A stretch of DNA of 64,000 nt, taken from positions 9,933-73,932 of the forward strand of contig JAUXWO010000090.1 of NCBI GenBank assembly GCA_030680175.1. Reading direction: 5' to 3'. Source of the stretch: Vicinamibacterales bacterium (lineage in GTDB: Bacteria > Acidobacteriota > Vicinamibacteria > Vicinamibacterales > UBA2999). Positions 1 through 8,493 of the stretch are shown piece by piece; within the stretch, counting starts at the first letter, position 1; each line of letters begins with the position of its first letter. The position numbers and the translations under genes are program-made. Below the pieces are notes generated by a model that was not told the origin of the DNA, searched no databases, and saw only the letters and a program-made list of their open reading frames with translations.

Positions 1-669
1 GAACGCCGGGTCGTGCCCGGCTTCGCGCACGCCACCAGGCGCGAGCGTGTTCGCGCGGAGGCCGAGCGGCGCGCCGTACTCCGCGAGCCACCTCGTGAAG
101 TTCAGCATCCCGGACTTCGCGACACTGTAGCCCACCGGCTTGAAGTACTGCGCCCCGTCCACGCGGCGGTAGTCGTAGACGGCCTGATCCGGCGACACGA
201 GGCCGTAGGTCGACGACACGTTGATGATGCTGCCGGTCCGATCCGGACCGCCGGCGCGGAACTGGCGGATGAACGCCTGCGTGGCGAAGAGCGCCGATTT
301 CAGGTGCGAGTCCATCATCGTGTCCCACGCGGCTTCCGGGTAGTCCTCGAACGGGCCCGTCTCGGCCGCGGCCGGCACCGCTGGCGACGCGCCCATGCCG
401 GCATTGTTCACCAGAATCGTGGGGGTCCCGAGGCTCGCGGCCGACGCCGCGACGGCGGCTTCGACCTCGGCGCGGACGACGAGATCGACCGTCTCCACTC
501 GAATCGGCAGGCCCTGCTCGATGAGCGCGGCCAGGTGACCGGGCACCGTCCGCGAGACATCAAGGGCCACCACGGCCGCGCCGGCGCGCGCGAGCGTCGC
601 GACGTACTGGCTGCCGAGCCGCCCCAGTCCGCCCGTCACGAGGGCCACCTGGCCATCGAGGTCGAACAT
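1..669 (-). CDS. SDR-family short-chain dehydrogenase/reductase (C-terminus lies beyond window start)
   Basis: Own translation of the minus strand from ATG at 669 gives MFDLDGQVALVTGGLGRLGSQ... It has the TGGxGxxG cofactor motif, NNAG, and catalytic YSVAK (YxxxK). The frame stays open to position 1, so it is absent from the ORF track. Confidence 0.8.
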   Translation of the reverse strand, partial: MFDLDGQVALVTGGLGRLGSQYVATLARAGAAVVALDVSRTVPGHLAALIEQGLPIRVETVDLVVRAEVEAAVAASAASLGTPTILVNNAGMGASPAVPAAAETGPFEDYPEAAWDTMMDSHLKSALFATQAFIRQFRAGGPDRTGSIINVSSTYGLVSPDQAVYDYRRVDGAQYFKPVGYSVAKSGMLNFTRWLAEYGAPLGLRANTLAPGGVREAGHDPAF

Positions 670-946
670 GTCGCGGAAGAGGGCGTCCGGGCCGGATGGG
701 CGGTTGGACACGAAAGTCCCTTGTTCTTGGCTATTTACGAGCGAGCAAGACAGGCATCCGCCCTCTCACTCCCAGGCGTGGGCGTGCACAAAGAGGCCGG
801 CCCAATCGTTTCAGGAGCCAGCCTCGACCGTACCGGCGCGGGTCCAGTACGTTCACAATTTGAACGCCATTGTCCGACGCGCCCGGCGATCTGTCAAGGG
901 CTGTAAATTGAAGCGAAACGGGGCCTTGATGGACCCCGGGCGGGGA

Positions 947-1930
947 TCAGCGGCCGCCGGTCACCGCCAGCCGCGCGCGCTCCGAGTCAATCACCCGCGA
1001 GATGATCTCGTCCAGCGCGATCTTCGGCTCGTACCCGATGAGCCGGTGGATCTTGGTCAGGTCCGGCAGCCGGCGCGGCATGTCCTCGAAGCCCGCCTCG
1101 TACGCCTGATCGTATGGAATCGTCACGATCTCCGACGCGCTGCCGGTCGCCGCCTTGATCTTCTCCGCCAGCCCGCGCATCGTCACCTCGCCGGTGTTGC
1201 CGACGTTGATGACCTCGCCCACCGCGGCGGGCAGCACCATCAGCTTCAGCAGGGCGCCGATGACGTCGCTGACGTCGGTGAAGCTGCGCGACTGCGTGCC
1301 GTCGCCGAAGACGGTGATGGGCTCGCCGGAGAGCGCCTGGCGCACGAACGTCGGCAGCACCATCCCGTACTGGCCGGTCTGGCGTGGTCCCACGGTGTTG
1401 AAGAAGCGCACCACCACGACGGGCAGCTGCTTCTGCTTCCAGTAGGCGAGCGCGAGGAATTCGTCGAGCGCCTTGCTGCAGGCGTAAGCCCAGCGGTGCC
1501 GGGACGTCGCGCCCATCACGAGGTCTGCGTCCTCCCGGAACGGCACGTGCACGCTCTTGCCGTAGACCTCGGAGGTCGACGCGACGAACACGAGCTTCTT
1601 CTTCTTGGCCGCCAGCCGCAGCACGACCTCGGTGCCGTGCACGTTGGTCTCGATCGTGTGGACCGGCTCCTGGACGATGAGCTTGACCCCGACCGCGGCG
1701 GCGAGATGGAAGATGACGTCGGCGCGGTCGACGAGCTCCGCCATCAACTGGTCGTTGAAGACCGTATCGATGGTGGATTCGAACCCGGGCCGGCCCTTCA
1801 GGTGCAGGATGTTCTCGATCGACCCGGTCGACAGGTCGTCGATCACCGCGACCTGATGGCCCGCATCGAGAAGCGCCTCGGACAGATGGCTGCCGATGAA
1901 GCCGGCGCCGCCCGTGATCAACACACGCAT
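947..1930 (-). CDS. NAD-dependent epimerase/dehydratase (UDP-glucuronate decarboxylase / dTDP-glucose dehydratase-like)
   Basis: ORF 947..2041 trimmed to the internal ATG at 1930 (MRVLITGGAGFIGSHL, Rossmann GxxGxxG). It also has a YACSK (YxxxK) catalytic motif. GGAGAGG lies upstream of this ATG. Confidence 0.85.
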   Translation of the reverse strand: MRVLITGGAGFIGSHLSEALLDAGHQVAVIDDLSTGSIENILHLKGRPGFESTIDTVFNDQLMAELVDRADVIFHLAAAVGVKLIVQEPVHTIETNVHGTEVVLRLAAKKKKLVFVASTSEVYGKSVHVPFREDADLVMGATSRHRWAYACSKALDEFLALAYWKQKQLPVVVVRFFNTVGPRQTGQYGMVLPTFVRQALSGEPITVFGDGTQSRSFTDVSDVIGALLKLMVLPAAVGEVINVGNTGEVTMRGLAEKIKAATGSASEIVTIPYDQAYEAGFEDMPRRLPDLTKIHRLIGYEPKIALDEIISRVIDSERARLAVTGGR

Positions 1931-1991
1931 TTGCGACAATGTCCTCTCCGGCGACGCCCCGCCGCCGCCGGTCCTCATTGTACCCGCAGGC

Positions 1992-3941
1992 TCACGACGG
2001 CGCGCCGCGATCGTCGCCCTGGGCGGCGGGTACCAGCCCACGCGCCACCAACGCCTCGATGATCCGGTACGCGCACGCCTCGATGCCCGCCCCGTCCGTG
2101 TCGATCACCAGTTCCGGCGCCACTGAGGCTTCGTAAGGCGCCGACACGCCCGTGAAGTCGGCGACCCGGCCGGCGTCCGCCCGGGCGTAGTGCCCCTTCG
2201 GGTCGCGCGCACGCCGCACCTCGTCGCCGGCCGTCACCAGCACCTCGAGGAACCGGCCATCGGGCACCAGCGCGCGCGCACGGTCCCGGTCCTGCCGGTA
2301 CGGGGACACGAACGCGCACAGCACAATCGCCCCCTGCTCGAAGAACAGCCGGGCGACCTCGCCCACGCGGCGGATGTTCTCGGTGCGATCCGCGGGCGCG
2401 AACCCGAGATCCCCGCAGAGGCCGTGCCGGATCTGATCCCCATCGAGCAGCATCGTCTGGCACCCGCGGGCGAACAGGAGTCCCTCGACCTGCCGGGCGA
2501 TCGGCGTCTTGCCGGCGCCGGGCAGGCCCGTGAGCCAGATGACGGCGGCGCGATGGCGATTGCGCGCCTCGCGCGCCTCGCGCCCGATGTTCCAGCCCTC
2601 CCAGACGACGTTGGCCGACACCGGGCCGGTGGCGGCGGGCTCGCCGGGGGCGCCGGGTCCGGCACGGCCCGGCACGTCACGCACCTCGCCGCGCACCATC
2701 CCGGCCCCCACGGTCACGTGCGTGTGCGGGTCGATCAGGATGAAGCTGCCGGTGGCCGCGTTCACACGGTAGGAGTCGACGAAGAGCGGCGCGCTCGTCG
2801 TGAGCGCGATACGGCCGATCTCGTTCAGGCCGAGCCTCTCGGCCTCGGCGCGGTGCAGGGTGTCGACGTCCACGCGGTATTCGATACGGTCCACGACCGC
2901 CTGCGTCTGCCGCGTCGTCTGCTGCAGGACGAACGTGGCGCCTGGCGCCATGGGCGCCTGGTCCATCCAGCACACATAGGCGTCCACCCGGCGCGTCGTC
3001 GTGGGCAGGTTCTTCGTGGGCACGACCATGTCGCCGCGCGAGATGTCGATCTCGTCCTCGAAGGTGAGCACCACGGCGTCGCCCGCGCGCGCCTCGTCGC
3101 GCGGGCCGTCGAACGTCTCGATCGACCGCACGCGCGTCGTGAGCCCCGCCGGGAGCGCCACGACCTCGGCGCCCGGGCGAATCGCCCCGGACGCCACGGT
3201 GCCCGCATAGCCGCGGAACCCCTGGTGCGGGCGGATCACGGACTGGACCGGGAACCGGAAGTCGATGGTGTTGCGCCGCCCGCTCACCTTCACGGTCTCG
3301 AGCAGGTGCAGCAAGGGCCCGCCGAGATACCACGGCATCCGCGCCGACGGCGTCACGACGTTGTCGCCGTCACGCGCCGAGACCGGCACGAACGACACGT
3401 CGGGCACCGTCAGCTTCTCCGCAAACGCCGTGAAGTCGGCGACGATCGCGTCGTACACCTCCTGCGCGAACCCCACCAGGTCCATCTTGTTGACGGCGAC
3501 GATGAGGTGCGGGATGCCGAGCAGGGACGCGATGAAGGCGTGGCGGCGCGACTGGTTGAGCACGCCCTTGCGCGCGTCGACCAGCACGATGGCGAGATCG
3601 GACGTGGAGGCGCCCGTCACCATGTTGCGCGTGTACTGCACGTGGCCGGGGGTGTCGGCGATGATGAACTTGCGGCGCGGTGTCGCGAAGTAGCGGTACG
3701 CGACGTCGATGGTGATGCCCTGCTCCCGCTCGGCCCGCAGCCCGTCGGTGAGGAGCGCCAGGTTGACCTGGTCCTCGCCCATCCGCTGGCTCGCCTCCGT
3801 AATCTGGGCGAGCTGGTCGTCGAAGATCGTCTTCGTGTCGTACAGCAGCCGCCCGATCAGCGTGCTCTTCCCATCGTCCACGCTCCCGGCGGTGGTGAAG
3901 CGCAGGAGCTCGGTGTCCGCGTAGGCGCGCGCGGCGTCCAT
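1992..3941 (-). CDS. cysNC: Bifunctional sulfate adenylyltransferase subunit 1 / adenylylsulfate kinase
   Basis: Frame of ORF 1992..5108 trimmed to ATG at 3941. The N-terminus MDAARAYADTELLRFTTAGSVDDGKSTLIGRLL carries the GTPase G1 motif. The C-terminal third has the APS-kinase P-loop VIWLTGLPGAGKT. The ATG overlaps the cysD stop (ATGA). Confidence 0.9.
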   Translation of the reverse strand: MDAARAYADTELLRFTTAGSVDDGKSTLIGRLLYDTKTIFDDQLAQITEASQRMGEDQVNLALLTDGLRAEREQGITIDVAYRYFATPRRKFIIADTPGHVQYTRNMVTGASTSDLAIVLVDARKGVLNQSRRHAFIASLLGIPHLIVAVNKMDLVGFAQEVYDAIVADFTAFAEKLTVPDVSFVPVSARDGDNVVTPSARMPWYLGGPLLHLLETVKVSGRRNTIDFRFPVQSVIRPHQGFRGYAGTVASGAIRPGAEVVALPAGLTTRVRSIETFDGPRDEARAGDAVVLTFEDEIDISRGDMVVPTKNLPTTTRRVDAYVCWMDQAPMAPGATFVLQQTTRQTQAVVDRIEYRVDVDTLHRAEAERLGLNEIGRIALTTSAPLFVDSYRVNAATGSFILIDPHTHVTVGAGMVRGEVRDVPGRAGPGAPGEPAATGPVSANVVWEGWNIGREAREARNRHRAAVIWLTGLPGAGKTPIARQVEGLLFARGCQTMLLDGDQIRHGLCGDLGFAPADRTENIRRVGEVARLFFEQGAIVLCAFVSPYRQDRDRARALVPDGRFLEVLVTAGDEVRRARDPKGHYARADAGRVADFTGVSAPYEASVAPELVIDTDGAGIEACAYRIIEALVARGLVPAAQGDDRGAPS

Positions 3942-4849
3942 CAGAAGTAGCCCACCTTCTTGCGGTCTTCCATGGCGGCGTCCGAGCGCTTGTCGTCGCT
4001 GCGGCCGCCACGCTCGGTCACGCGGGACGCCGCGGTCTCCTGGATGATGGCCTCCACCGTCGCGGCCTCGGACAGGACGGCGCCCGTGCACGTGGCATCG
4101 CCGATGGTTCTGAAGCGCACGCACCGATCCTCGACCGTCTCGCCAGGCAGGAGGGTAAGGAAGGGCGTCTTCGCCAGCCACATGCCGTCGCGCAGCACGA
4201 CGGGCCGGCGGGCCGCGAAGTACAAGGACGGCATCGGGATCTGCTCGGCGGCGATGTACTGCCAGATGTCCAGCTCGGTCCAGTTCGAGAGCGGGAACAC
4301 GCGGAAGTGCTCGCCGGGCTGCTTGCGGCCGTTGTAGAGCTGCCAGAGCTCGGGGCGCTGCTGCCGCGGGTCCCACTGGCCGAAGGCGTTGCGATGCGAG
4401 AAGACGCGCTCCTTGGCCCGCGCCTTCTCCTCGTCGCGCCGGGCGCCGCCGAGGGCCGCGTCCACCTTCAGTTCCTTCAGCGCGTCGAGCAGCGTGACGG
4501 TCTGTAATGCGTTGCGGCTCGCGGTGGGGCCGGTCTCCTCCGCCACGCGCCCCTGATCGATGGAGTCCTGCACACGCCGCACGACCAGCCGGCCCCCGAG
4601 CGTCTCGACGAACTCGTCCCGGTACGCCAGCGTCTCCGGGAAGTTGTGGCCGGTGTCGATGTGCAGCAGTGGGAACGGCACCGGGGCGGGATGAAACGCC
4701 TTGCGTGCGAGCCAGGCCAGCACGATCGAGTCCTTGCCGCCGGAGAAGAGCAGGACGAGCCGGTCGCACTGCGCCGCGGCCTCCCGGATGATGTGGATCG
4801 CCTCGTGCTCGAGCGTCGTCAGGTGTCCGCGAGGGTGCGTTTTCATCAC
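3941..4849 (-). CDS. cysD: Sulfate adenylyltransferase subunit 2
   Basis: 302 aa with the PP-loop LVLLFSGGKDSIVL. The end (...RGGRSDDKRSDAAMEDRKKVGYF) is typical of CysD. It is translationally coupled to cysNC. Confidence 0.95.
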   Translation of the reverse strand: MMKTHPRGHLTTLEHEAIHIIREAAAQCDRLVLLFSGGKDSIVLAWLARKAFHPAPVPFPLLHIDTGHNFPETLAYRDEFVETLGGRLVVRRVQDSIDQGRVAEETGPTASRNALQTVTLLDALKELKVDAALGGARRDEEKARAKERVFSHRNAFGQWDPRQQRPELWQLYNGRKQPGEHFRVFPLSNWTELDIWQYIAAEQIPMPSLYFAARRPVVLRDGMWLAKTPFLTLLPGETVEDRCVRFRTIGDATCTGAVLSEAATVEAIIQETAASRVTERGGRSDDKRSDAAMEDRKKVGYF

Positions 4850-4891
4850 ACGGCTGCCAGCACGAACAGCAGGAACTCCATCGCCGCGCCG

Positions 4892-5776
4892 TCAGCCGCG
4901 GTCCTGCAGCAGCCCTCGCAGGTATTGCCCGTACTCGCTCGACGGCCCGAACGGCACCGCCAGCGCCTCGAGCTGCGCCGCGTCGATGAAGCCCAGACGG
5001 AAGGCGACCTCCTCGGGGCAGGCGATCTTCAGCCCCTGCCGGCGCTCGATCGTCTCGATGAACTGGCTGGCCTCGAGCAGGGACGCGTGCGTGCCCGTGT
5101 CGAGCCACGCGTAGCCCCGGCCCATCACCTCGACCGACAGCGCGTCTGCCTCGAGATAGCGGCGATTGAGGTCCGTGATCTCGAGCTCGCCGCGCGCGGA
5201 CGGCGTGAGGCCGGCGGCCAGCTCCACCGCGCGGCCATCGTAGAAGTAGAGGCCGGTGACGGCGAAGCTCGACTTCGGCTTCGCGGGCTTCTCCTCGATC
5301 GACGTCGCGCGGCCCTCGGCATCAAAGGCCACAACGCCGTACCGCTGGGGATCGGTGACGTGGTACGCGAACACGGTCGCGCCATCCGCGCGCCGGCCGG
5401 CCGAGGCCAGCCGCTCGGGCAGGTCATGCCCGTAGAACAGGTTGTCGCCGAGGATCAGCACCGACGGCGACGTCCCGACGAAATCAGCCCCGATGATGAA
5501 GGCCTGCGCCAGGCCGCCCGGGTGCGGCTGCACCGCGTACTGCAGCCGGAGCCCCCACTGGCGGCCGTCGCCGAGCAGCTGCTCGAACACGGGCGTGTCA
5601 CGCGGCGTCGAGATGATCAGGATGTCGCGCACGCCCGCCAGCATCAGCGTGCTGAGCGGGTAGTAGATCATCGGCTTGTCGTAGATCGGCAGGAGCTGCT
5701 TCGACAGGGCCTGCGTCGCCGGATAGAGCCGTGTGCCGGATCCCCCGGCCAGAATGATCCCCCGCCGTCCCGTCAT
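4892..5776 (-). CDS. rfbA: Glucose-1-phosphate thymidylyltransferase
   Basis: The N-terminus [36 protein letters not shown] is the RmlA signature. The protein is 294 aa. Confidence 0.95.
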   Translation of the reverse strand: MTGRRGIILAGGSGTRLYPATQALSKQLLPIYDKPMIYYPLSTLMLAGVRDILIISTPRDTPVFEQLLGDGRQWGLRLQYAVQPHPGGLAQAFIIGADFVGTSPSVLILGDNLFYGHDLPERLASAGRRADGATVFAYHVTDPQRYGVVAFDAEGRATSIEEKPAKPKSSFAVTGLYFYDGRAVELAAGLTPSARGELEITDLNRRYLEADALSVEVMGRGYAWLDTGTHASLLEASQFIETIERRQGLKIACPEEVAFRLGFIDAAQLEALAVPFGPSSEYGQYLRGLLQDRG

Positions 5777-6273
5777 CGTTTCCGCTCCTTGACTGCGGCG
5801 CGCGTCTCGCGATCGATCTCGCGCCGCCGGATCGTCTCACGCTTGTCGTGCGCCTGCTTGCCCTTGACCAGGCTGATGGCCACCTTGATGCGGCCGCCCT
5901 TGAAGTACATCCGCAGCGGCACCAGCGTCAGGCCCTTCTCGGCCGTCTTGCCGATCAGCTTGCGGATCTCGGTCCGGTGCAGCAGCAGCTTGCGCTTGCG
6001 GCGCGGGTCGTGATCGACGTACCCGCGGTGGCTGTACGGATTGATGTGGACGTTATGGAGCCACACCTCGCCCTTGTCCACGCGCGCGTAGCTGTCGCGC
6101 AGGTTCGCCTTGCCCTCGCGGATCCCCTTCACCTCGGTGCCGAGCAGCATGATGCCCGCCTCGAACGTCTCGAGGATGTGGTAATCGTGCAGGGCCTTGC
6201 GGTTCTCCGCGATGACCGTCTCGGCCTTCTCCCGCGCCTCGCGGGCGGCCGCGTCCTTCTTCGCCGCGCTCAC
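5773..6273 (-). CDS. smpB: SsrA-binding protein
   Basis: ORF 5773..6477 trimmed to the in-frame GTG at 6273, which overlaps the pdxA stop (GTGA). The sequence [26 protein letters not shown]...[11 protein letters not shown] is typical SmpB. The trimmed product is 166 aa. Confidence 0.9.
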   Translation of the reverse strand: MSAAKKDAAAREAREKAETVIAENRKALHDYHILETFEAGIMLLGTEVKGIREGKANLRDSYARVDKGEVWLHNVHINPYSHRGYVDHDPRRKRKLLLHRTEIRKLIGKTAEKGLTLVPLRMYFKGGRIKVAISLVKGKQAHDKRETIRRREIDRETRAAVKERKR

Positions 6274-7151
6274 GGCGCCCCTCCGGCCGCGGCCAGCCGC
6301 GCCGCCAGCCGCACAGCATGCACGAAGCTGCCCGCGTCCGCCACGCCGCGCCCCGCGATGTCGAACGCCGTCCCATGATCGACGGAGGTCCGCACGATGG
6401 GCAGGCCAAGCGTCACGTTGACGGCCTCGCCGAAGGCCAGCAGCTTCACGGGAATCAGCCCCTGGTCGTGGTAGCACGCCACGACCACGTCGAACTCGCC
6501 GCGCACGGCGCGGACGAACACGGTGTCGGCGGGAATCGGTCCGGTGACGTCGAGGCCCTCGGCGCGGGCGTCGGCCACGGCCGGCGTCAGCACCGTCTCG
6601 TCCTCGACGCCGAGCAGCCCCGATTCACCCGCGTGCGGGTTGAGCCCCGCCAGGGCGATGCGCGGCTTCGCCACGCCGAACCGCGGCAGCGCGCGCGCGG
6701 TGAGCCGAAGGGTGCTCCCGAGCCGCGCGCGGGTCAGCTGGCGCGGCACGTCGGCGAGCGGGATGTGCACGGTGGCCAGGACCACGGCCAGCGTTGGCGC
6801 GTGGAACATCATGGCCACCTCGTCGACGCCGCACAGGTGCGCCAGCAGATCGGTGTGGCCCTTCCATGGCAGCCCGGCCTTCGCAAACGCGAGCTTGTTG
6901 ATGGGGGCCGTGGCGATCGCCGCGACCCGGCCGGCACGCGCGTCCTCGACCGCCCGCACGATCACGTCGTACGCGGCGCGGCCCGCCTCCGCCGACACGA
7001 CGCCCGTCTCGACGCGCACGCCCGGGGGCGGCGCATACACGACCGGCTCGCAGACCTCCCGCACGCGCGGGTCGGCCGCGGCCCGGGCCGCGATCTCGGG
7101 GCCAATGCCGGCCGGGTCGCCGACGGTCATGGCCACGCGGGGCAGAGGCAT
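6270..7151 (-). CDS. pdxA: 4-hydroxythreonine-4-phosphate dehydrogenase
   Basis: Motifs VGDPAGIGPEI, GLNPHAGE and TSVDHGTAFDIAG match the PdxA family. At 293 aa it is somewhat short for the family. Confidence 0.85.
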   Translation of the reverse strand: MPLPRVAMTVGDPAGIGPEIAARAAADPRVREVCEPVVYAPPPGVRVETGVVSAEAGRAAYDVIVRAVEDARAGRVAAIATAPINKLAFAKAGLPWKGHTDLLAHLCGVDEVAMMFHAPTLAVVLATVHIPLADVPRQLTRARLGSTLRLTARALPRFGVAKPRIALAGLNPHAGESGLLGVEDETVLTPAVADARAEGLDVTGPIPADTVFVRAVRGEFDVVVACYHDQGLIPVKLLAFGEAVNVTLGLPIVRTSVDHGTAFDIAGRGVADAGSFVHAVRLAARLAAAGGAP

Positions 7152-7248
7152 CCGACGATTGTACTGCGATCAGCTCTCGGCTATCAGCTGTCGGCGGTCG
7201 GGAGGCAGACGCTGAAAGCCGATCGCCGACAGCCGATCGCCCTCTGCC
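7141..7248. repeat. Imperfect long hairpin built from CGGCTRT-type heptamers and their complement
   Basis: The outer stem is ggcagagg (7141-7148) paired with cctctgcc (7241-7248). The inner arm ctgtcggcggtcgg pairs with ccgatcgccgacag with one mismatch. The element lies between the holB stop and the pdxA start. Confidence 0.8.
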
Positions 7249-7260
7249 GGCCGCAGTCCG

Positions 7261-8310
7261 TCAGATCTGCATCGCGAGCCACTCCGCCACGACCTTCGAG
7301 CCGGCGTTGCGGTCGAGGGCCATGAGGGCGCGGTCCACGGACTGGAACGCCCGGCGGGCGCGGTCGCCGCCCGCGCCGCGCGTCAGGCGCGTGAGGCTGT
7401 CCTGCAGGTCGGGGTTGGCCAGGACGCGTAGATCCGCCCCGGCGTGGATCACCTCGAGGTCGCGCAACATCGACTGCGCGGCACGCAGCACGATGGCCAC
7501 CTCCTCGCGCGTGCGCTCGGGCTTCGCGCCGATCAGCAGCTTCGCCACCTCGAGCTTCTGCCGCACATCGTCCGACCCCACGATCTGAGCGAGGAACGCC
7601 TGCGCGGTCTGGCGCACCTCGGCGAGGTCCTCGGAGCTCTGCGCCAGCGCGCGCGAGATGCTGCCGTCGGCCAGCGCCGCGGCCGCGCGCGCCTCCGCCG
7701 GCGCGATCGCGTAGTCACGCGTGAGCACACCGGTGACTTCGTCCTCCGTCAGGCGCCCGAAGCGGAGGCGCATGCAGCGCGATCGCACGGTCTGCAGCAG
7801 GACGCCGGCCACGGAGGTGACGAGAATGAAGACGGTGGAGGCGGGCGGCTCCTCGAGCGACTTGAGGAGCGCATTCTGGGCCTGGGGCTCGAGCATCTCC
7901 GCATCGCGGATCAGCACGAAGCGGCGCTTCCCTTCGAACGGCCGGAAGTTGCAGCGCTCGAGCACCTCGCGGACGGGGTCGATCTTGATCGACGACTTCT
8001 CGTCGGGTTCGAGCGCCAGCACGTCCACATGCACGCCGCGGGCGATGCGGTCGCACGACTTGCAGGTCCCGCAGGCATCGATCCGGGTTTCGCTGCCCGC
8101 CGCCCCCTCCTCACCGGACCCGTCCTCCGCGCGCGCGGCCACGATGGGGGCCAGGCAGTTCACGGCCGCGGCCACGGCCTGCGCGACCTGCCACTTCCCC
8201 ACGCCGGGCGGGCCGTCGAACAGCAGCGTCGGCGGCAACGTCCCCCGCACAATCGCCCGCGTCAGCAGGCCGATCACGGGACGATGGCCGGCAAGGTCGC
8301 GGAAAGGCAT
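7261..8310 (-). CDS. holB: DNA polymerase III subunit delta'
   Basis: LLFDGPPGVGKWQVAQAVAAAVNC is an AAA+ clamp-loader P-loop. A Zn-module-like CGTCKSCDRI and an SRC motif (TVRSRCMRL) are also present. Confidence 0.85.
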   Translation of the reverse strand: MPFRDLAGHRPVIGLLTRAIVRGTLPPTLLFDGPPGVGKWQVAQAVAAAVNCLAPIVAARAEDGSGEEGAAGSETRIDACGTCKSCDRIARGVHVDVLALEPDEKSSIKIDPVREVLERCNFRPFEGKRRFVLIRDAEMLEPQAQNALLKSLEEPPASTVFILVTSVAGVLLQTVRSRCMRLRFGRLTEDEVTGVLTRDYAIAPAEARAAAALADGSISRALAQSSEDLAEVRQTAQAFLAQIVGSDDVRQKLEVAKLLIGAKPERTREEVAIVLRAAQSMLRDLEVIHAGADLRVLANPDLQDSLTRLTRGAGGDRARRAFQSVDRALMALDRNAGSKVVAEWLAMQI

Positions 8311-8336
8311 GGGGGATTATGGATCGAGGGGGGCGT

Positions 8337-8434
8337 GGGGAGTGGGTAGTGGGGAGTGGGGAGTGGGGAGTGGGCGGTGGGTAGTGGGGAGTGGGTAGTG
8401 GGGAGTGGGGAGTGGGTAGTGGGGAGTGGGTGGC
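8337..8434. repeat. 14 tandem heptamers GGGNAGT (G-quadruplex-type array on the plus strand)
   Basis: Read directly: ggggagt gggtagt ggggagt ggggagt ggggagt gggcggt gggtagt and so on. The array is intergenic between the PBP1A stop (8494) and the holB start (8310). Confidence 0.9.
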
Positions 8435-8493
8435 GGGTATGGTCGTGGATAGTAGGGTCATGGACCGGGGACCACGAATGATCCCCGAGCCCG

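Noticed and set aside
668-3950. Long plus-strand ORFs (668..2062 at 464 aa, 2190..3950 at 586 aa)
   Set aside because: They are antisense shadows of the epimerase and cysNC genes. Their R/A/G/P/H-rich composition is typical of off-frame high-GC translation, and no motif was recognised.
1992-5108. 1038-aa ORF suggesting a giant CysN-containing fusion protein
   Set aside because: The first ~389 residues are Arg/Ala/Gly-rich and low in complexity. They overlap the well-supported cysD gene in another frame. The CysN homology starts at the internal ATG 3941, which overlaps the cysD stop.
5773-6477. tmRNA (ssrA) next to smpB, and the 234-aa long form of smpB
   Set aside because: No tRNA-Ala-like acceptor or T-arm or tag-ORF structure was found in the neighbourhood. 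The long smpB form overlaps pdxA by about 200 nt, and SmpB homology begins after the GTG at 6273.
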